64,000 bases of DNA from a virus. Lineage: Duplodnaviria; Caudoviricetes. Positions 60,201-64,000 of this stretch are shown one piece after another (the stretch's first letter is position 1; each line of letters begins with the position of its first letter). The notes beneath the pieces were generated by a model. That model saw only the letters and a list, made by a program, of their open reading frames with translations. It was not told the origin of the DNA and did no database searches. A program made the position numbers and the translations under genes. The stretch is taken from positions 1-64,000 of IMG/VR virus record IMGVR_UViG_3300032138_000942; one strand, written 5' to 3'.

Positions 60201-60750
60201 GATAGATGTACACAATAATTTGTCTAATCCGTCACCAATCTATGAAATAGAACTGATTAATGATTTGGGGACAATCTATATCGTTACTAAAATATATGAC
60301 TTCCCGACAGAAGTAAAAGTGGGATCTAAATCAGCAAAAAGGTTTATCGCCATCCAGCCCGCTTTAAGCCAGCGGCTTCTAAATATGTCCGCGACAGGAC
60401 TTGAATCAGGCGAAAACGGCGAGATGACCACGGATGGGAAAAGCATGGAAATAAAATTGGGTCTCGATAATGAACTTCTGTTTGGGGGAAATAAGAGGAT
60501 TAAGATACGACTTAATTCCAAAAAGACCAATCGAAAGATCGACTTCAATCTGGACTTTAATTTAAAAAATGTTCAAACCGAGGAGAGCTTAGAACCCGAT
60601 GAATGGAAGTGGGCACCTGATAGTGCCACTACTGGGCAAATACCAGCATCCCCTCCACCCCCGTGTGGAGAAGGTCAGATTTATAATGATGAAACGGGAG
60701 AGTGTGAAGACATCGTGACCACCCCAGAGCCCGATGACGATAAGTGCTAA
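57247..60750 (+). CDS. 1167-aa hypothetical (probable structural) protein with Fn3-like segments
   Basis: DTRVKYGEKYQY and D.L.PN.KYYY.FRS.D...N.SNPS; Pro/Cys C-terminus. Confidence 0.65.
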   Translation: MNGYNPPFDLKKAFKEFVEKTEASKEFKKVETNPGKKGPAVVEKTEASKEFKKVETAPGKNNNVSPQDIPFETIAQIAEFNAKPLPQAPSVFGPRFFNAGTLVNDNTHPDVWPMLKTSLQLDSTNFKYIAWSQPSKLVKVDHGRLYTGNTWTTSRPLNAQPGSQASLLLMKDLLGPQQNYGAPNGVTIVTKDFVDVVKLPFTLEIKDAIVYLNENTFSKLYENNNMAERLVSLYYGTPSYTVKVWANPSGLGWSLDNTVHEPDPSTGVGTIVGDKNTCVKESFLFRVPPNTPNDTGPYRDQLQALRYLRTKVAQSSGATNGMWYDHVCEYDTPAFTDNFQEITSQLTTERSLKIESSATYNYYKPGYEKVIAPTEFSHNSLPDYNIMAAHQRWSPSQKAMLETFDNDESMVNNSDFNAYYKYVSLEAQLDSDIEKPFANYGSLQGNTWYYLDKWTKVMEAGYPNQWFDKKYSNLTFPAFAMMDHCLKELPGGTINQYPMFNHIRLKLPNSKPVSPNTTEDSPMKWNYKMFTGVEDGIKRQSLDLAYLSRFNKYQEGTKAGGPQVYPTFVQGDSAVNPWSEAQYWKDLSPVKGNYVQPYKSGLEWKYTTTGGHDGDLHTAMDFIKFLGNLLKFGSRLYGYTYGLLNDPWPDSLPFLMSNNKNVEVALQMIEPNWIGGHNNTLDNWLDRLTPYLRRTRSFSEILEGKLAPSITLGFKILKYGFDAQGNRTPDPISTYFLSNTNDLKEQKNKYFDFYDTRVKYGEKYQYDIVGLHLILGTRYAYTHVGDKVIEGDPTGDIGPLNSWHKFTAEVTSWPDIKIVELPYQNNIVLRMMDKPPLAPEIEPVPFKGVDNKLLWLIRPQYGSRKEVPISILPQDTGIFNKQYEAQYGGVVGQGEFSSGTGQMAEQEQWAEKQQGFAEIGITPLEFKGDDLTQKYQMFRLSTPPKSYGSFANAELITEISSERSTSTSFLDTLTPNHKYYYTFRSIDVHNNLSNPSPIYEIELINDLGTIYIVTKIYDFPTEVKVGSKSAKRFIAIQPALSQRLLNMSATGLESGENGEMTTDGKSMEIKLGLDNELLFGGNKRIKIRLNSKKTNRKIDFNLDFNLKNVQTEESLEPDEWKWAPDSATTGQIPASPPPPCGEGQIYNDETGECEDIVTTPEPDDDKC
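57296..57425 (+). repeat. in-frame intragenic duplication, 72-bp period
   Basis: 43-bp identical copies at 57296-57338 and 57368-57410, continuing imperfectly (VEKTEASKEFKKVETxPGK twice). Confidence 0.9.
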
Positions 60751-60781
60751 AGGATAATAATTAATTTTTGTGTTACAAGAA

Positions 60782-60806
60782 CTATTTAAGAGGACGAACC
60801 TACTTA
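60782..60806 (+). promoter_or_regulatory. tandem candidate late promoters CTATTTA / CTACTTA
   Basis: 60782-60788 and 60800-60806, upstream of AGAGGAG SD and the ATG at 60831. Confidence 0.6.
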
Positions 60807-60830
60807 TAGTATAAAAAGAGGAGTAAAAAC

Positions 60831-61796
60831 ATGGGGTTTCTTGATAATTCCGGAGATATTATTTTAGATGCTGTTTTGACAGACACGGGCCGAATGAGGC
60901 TCGCTAAGGCTGATGGCAGTTTTAAGATTACAAAATTTGCTCTGGGTGATGATGAAATAAATTATGAGCTTTACAGGAACGCTAACAGCCCAAAGGGTGC
61001 CCACCCCAGCGGCAGCGCTTATTACGATCTAGATATTAAGCAGACTCCGGTTTTAGAAGCTTTCACCAACAATACGTCTCTTTTAAAATCTAAATTAGTA
61101 ACCCTGGCAAACATGAACCACACATATCTGCCTGTTTTGAGGTTGAATGAGGTGGTGGCCGAGAATGCCAGAAACCAATCTACGACCCAGGCTAACGAAA
61201 AGTTTGTTGTAACCGTCAACGACACTACCTCGAAGTTTGTGCCAACAGGCCTCAGAGAGGCGGGCGATCCAGTTGGTATTATTGACGGCGTTACTGGTGA
61301 GGGAGTCACAATTAGAGTCGACCAAGGTCTTGATACTCAGGACATTAGTCCAACTCAGGCTCTCGACCCAGATCTTTATGAAAGTCAATATTTGATAGAG
61401 ATGGATAATCGGTTTGGCTCCATAACGAGTCCCACTTCTCCGGCATCAGCAATGGCTTATTCTTTTCTTGATGACGACAACATCGCCGCTTATTATGTTA
61501 CAGCCACCTCACCTGGCGACTATGTGATGCCGAATGGTAACACCCTGACAACAGAAGAGGCAAGCCAGATAATTTCAGGCCCACGAGGATCCATTTTACA
61601 ATTTAAGCTTTTGGCGAGTACGGATCTTCAAACAAGCAACACCCTCTTTTTGAAAATGGGGGTTAACGACCAAACCTGGACAGATTCAGTCCCCACCGCG
61701 GAGGACGTCCGATACATTGACACCACGGTCAGAGTAACGGGTCTTACAACAGGCTACAGAATCGACATCCCAGTAAGATTTATTAAATTAAGGTAA
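60831..61796 (+). CDS. structural protein (tail-collar/fibre-attachment-like N-terminus)
   Basis: MGFLDN..DAVLT..GR..LA....F.ITKFALGDDEINY; strong SD. Confidence 0.65.
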   Translation: MGFLDNSGDIILDAVLTDTGRMRLAKADGSFKITKFALGDDEINYELYRNANSPKGAHPSGSAYYDLDIKQTPVLEAFTNNTSLLKSKLVTLANMNHTYLPVLRLNEVVAENARNQSTTQANEKFVVTVNDTTSKFVPTGLREAGDPVGIIDGVTGEGVTIRVDQGLDTQDISPTQALDPDLYESQYLIEMDNRFGSITSPTSPASAMAYSFLDDDNIAAYYVTATSPGDYVMPNGNTLTTEEASQIISGPRGSILQFKLLASTDLQTSNTLFLKMGVNDQTWTDSVPTAEDVRYIDTTVRVTGLTTGYRIDIPVRFIKLR

Positions 61797-61801
61797 GAAT
61801 T

Positions 61802-62857
61802 ATGGCAAACGTATTTAAAAGTGTAAACGCTGACGACATCACAGTTACAAGAACCCCTCTTCATGAGGCCATCCCACTTTCGGGAACAATCGTATCGGGA
61901 ACATATCCCGAAGATCAAGGGACCTCACACACCAATATCAAGAATTATTCCCACGGAATATTCGAGTCGGTTTATGACTATCCCTATCTCAGTTCATCGG
62001 CCAATCATATTTTTGACCTTAGTTTTGGATATAGTGCTAATTCTACCATTTCCCAGTCGGTATCACCAGATGTGACCGGATATGCTGGCTTTCAGCAGGA
62101 CAAAAAGATTAATATTTACAATGAGATGGCCCAGGTTTTGATGGGGCACGATGCCACAGGGTCCATTAAAGAGTTCAAAATCCCTGGGGGCGATTATATT
62201 CGGGAAGCAGTCTTTGTTAGTTTTGCTCGGCTTTTATCTAAAGATGAAATTGACAAGAACAACTGGTCGTGGAAGCTGAATAAAAAGCTTGCTTATGCCT
62301 GGACAACAGCCCGAGCAGAGATGATTCTTGATGAGATAACTCTCCCCACTTCCAATAACGAAACAGTGTTCTATACAGACTCGCCAGCAGGCGAATATTC
62401 CGTTTTGTCTAGTGCCATGTCTGGAAATGTTGGACTACTGTTCTATCAGGCCGGCATTGCTGTTCTCGGAACATCTTCTATTTCTCAGTTGACCGGAACG
62501 ATTCTTGGTGGCGGAAACATTTATAACACCATGATTAGTTCTTCGATCAGCGCCTCTTGTGATAGTTTCCGACACCACTGGGCAACACAGAACTTCAACA
62601 ATACGACAGAGTTGAATTCAACAATTTATTTCTGTCGAGCAAACCACAACCAGTTCAATTATAGTGCTAATCCCACCTATTTGACAGGTAGTAAAATTCG
62701 AGTAAAGGCAAGTAGTCTGGACCAGCCAGTCTCATATGTCACCACTGTCGGCCTTTATAGTGCTGATAATGAACTACTCGCCACAGCGAAACTATCCGAG
62801 CCCCTCAAAAAGACTCCTGATACTGAATTGACGCTGAGAGTTCGACTGGACTACTAA
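61802..62857 (+). CDS. structural protein (tail-collar-like C-terminus)
   Basis: FNYS.NPTY...YVTTVGLY...NELLA.AKLS.P.KK......RVRLDY. Confidence 0.65.
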   Translation: MANVFKSVNADDITVTRTPLHEAIPLSGTIVSGTYPEDQGTSHTNIKNYSHGIFESVYDYPYLSSSANHIFDLSFGYSANSTISQSVSPDVTGYAGFQQDKKINIYNEMAQVLMGHDATGSIKEFKIPGGDYIREAVFVSFARLLSKDEIDKNNWSWKLNKKLAYAWTTARAEMILDEITLPTSNNETVFYTDSPAGEYSVLSSAMSGNVGLLFYQAGIAVLGTSSISQLTGTILGGGNIYNTMISSSISASCDSFRHHWATQNFNNTTELNSTIYFCRANHNQFNYSANPTYLTGSKIRVKASSLDQPVSYVTTVGLYSADNELLATAKLSEPLKKTPDTELTLRVRLDY

Positions 62858-62885
62858 AGTGCTAAAAACTTTATCGATCACCTAA

Positions 62886-62892
62886 CTATTTA
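62886..62892 (+). promoter_or_regulatory. candidate late promoter CTATTTA
   Basis: 26 nt before the GTG at 62919. Confidence 0.6.
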
Positions 62893-62918
62893 ATTTAACA
62901 AGGTATAGGTGGATTTAG

Positions 62919-64000
62919 GTGTCTTATTATAGGTTCAAAGAAAACGATATTTTTACCAATACTATAGTGGCTCACCCCCACAGTAGTTTTATGATCTACA
63001 GCGGGAGCGTTTACTATAGAAACACTCCATATGAGAGTGGAAGTATTTTTTATGGGAATGTCACACATGTTCCGGTCGGAGCCATTAGTCTTTACGAAGT
63101 GAACGTTGACCGCCCCGAGAGCGATCATGATTACGATTATGAGAACAACACCGGAACCAAGACCATGATTCATCCCTTTGTGGTGAAAAGTGGTGACAAC
63201 ATCAAATTTAAAACCATCTCCACAGGGTCTTACAATGAAGAAGACTGGGGATCAACTCTCACATCGAGCTTCAATTACCCCCTCTCAGCCAGTCTATCTA
63301 GAGATTTATATCCTGAAAAGCATTTGGCCAGTGCAATTAATTACAGCGCCCAACACAATCTGCAGCTGTCACCTCATGAGTATGATGCTTATAGCGTTGA
63401 TTCGGAATCCGAAGACGCCGGGATCGTTACAGTTTCTAGTTCATATATAGAAGCCCTAAAGAACACTTTGAACTATTACACCCCTCTGAGCGACCAATAC
63501 GCTTTTACTTCTTCTGCTCGAAACGGCGCCGACACAACTGATCAATTCCCGACAGGAACACCCTATTGGGATAAAGGCGTTCAACCCATCAACCTGATTA
63601 GCATCCCTTCGATTTATTATGGAGAGTCAATAAAAAGAGGCTCAGTGAGTGTTAAGTTTTATATTAGTGGAACTCTGGCTGCTGAATGTGCTGATGTTTA
63701 TGAAAATGGAGAATTAATTGAGGTAAGCGGGACTTACGACCGCTTCGAATCGGGGTCTATTGCAGGAGTCGTGCTTTATAATGAAGGTTTTCTCTTACTG
63801 ACAGGCAGTTGGGACATCAGCGCTGGCCATCAAGCACCTTATACTGGAGGCTCCGCCACGAGCCCTTCATGGCTTTACTGGGGCGTTGGGATCACTTCAA
63901 GCCTCAATGCCACCGGATCCCTTGTTCCCGCTGGTTATCAAATAGGCTCAAAGGCAACTTTTAATGGAAGTGTGGACTACACTAAATCCCCCGGATATAA
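62919..64000 (+). CDS. SGS/TGS-rich structural protein, runs off the window (not in the ORF track)
   Basis: Translated by hand from GTG 62919: MSYYRFKENDIF... with no stop to 64000; GVVLYNEGFLLL resembles GLLFYQAGIAVL in 61802..62857. Confidence 0.8.
   Translation, partial: MSYYRFKENDIFTNTIVAHPHSSFMIYSGSVYYRNTPYESGSIFYGNVTHVPVGAISLYEVNVDRPESDHDYDYENNTGTKTMIHPFVVKSGDNIKFKTISTGSYNEEDWGSTLTSSFNYPLSASLSRDLYPEKHLASAINYSAQHNLQLSPHEYDAYSVDSESEDAGIVTVSSSYIEALKNTLNYYTPLSDQYAFTSSARNGADTTDQFPTGTPYWDKGVQPINLISIPSIYYGESIKRGSVSVKFYISGTLAAECADVYENGELIEVSGTYDRFESGSIAGVVLYNEGFLLLTGSWDISAGHQAPYTGGSATSPSWLYWGVGITSSLNATGSLVPAGYQIGSKATFNGSVDYTKSPGY

Noticed and set aside
1081-63450. Numerous 60-170 aa antisense or alternate-frame ORFs in the track
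   Set aside because: They lie within well-supported genes, lack SD sites and motifs, and read as shadow ORFs. 62895..63173 and 63190..63450 overlap the real ORF starting at 62919.
1-64000. Bacterial chromosome O-antigen/capsule locus or integrated prophage
   Set aside because: No housekeeping genes, integrase or export genes; the sugar genes are contiguous with a T4-like sigma and baseplate genes.
1-64000. Stop-codon reassignment (TAG or TGA recoded)
   Set aside because: Genes up to 9.7 kb are intact under the standard code, and all three stops end genes at sensible boundaries.

Overview
This window is part of a large (jumbo-type) T4-like myophage genome that uses the standard genetic code and is almost entirely on the + strand. 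It has four parts. (1) 1-7.7 kb: small hypothetical genes, a tRNA-Arg(UCU) with its own sigma70 promoter, a ClpP-like protease, a trypsin-like lipoprotein protease, PIN-PhoH, an HExxH metallopeptidase and a PD-(D/E)XK nuclease. (2) 7.7-27.2 kb: a 25-gene sugar island with about six glycosyltransferase genes, nucleotide-sugar enzymes (WecB, two Fcl, GME-like, RfbB, split HldE-like kinase and nucleotidyltransferase, HAD phosphatase, cupin) and tailoring enzymes (amino-, acetyl-, formyl- and methyltransferases, SGNH hydrolase). I recognise no flippase, polymerase or lipid-carrier gene. (3) About 28 kb: a gp55-like late sigma factor. (4) 28.7-64 kb: a baseplate/tail module (amidase-bearing hub, HxH spike, gp25- and gp6-like wedge proteins, 2512-aa and 3251-aa proteins), with several genes preceded by a recurring CTAnTTA motif. 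The best candidate for a new system is virion protein O-glycosylation. A subset of the structural proteins is dense in [S/T]-[G/A/S]-S tripeptides, while neighbouring structural proteins nearly lack them, and they sit next to the glycan island. All calls come from motif recognition by eye; no searches were run and counts are hand counts.
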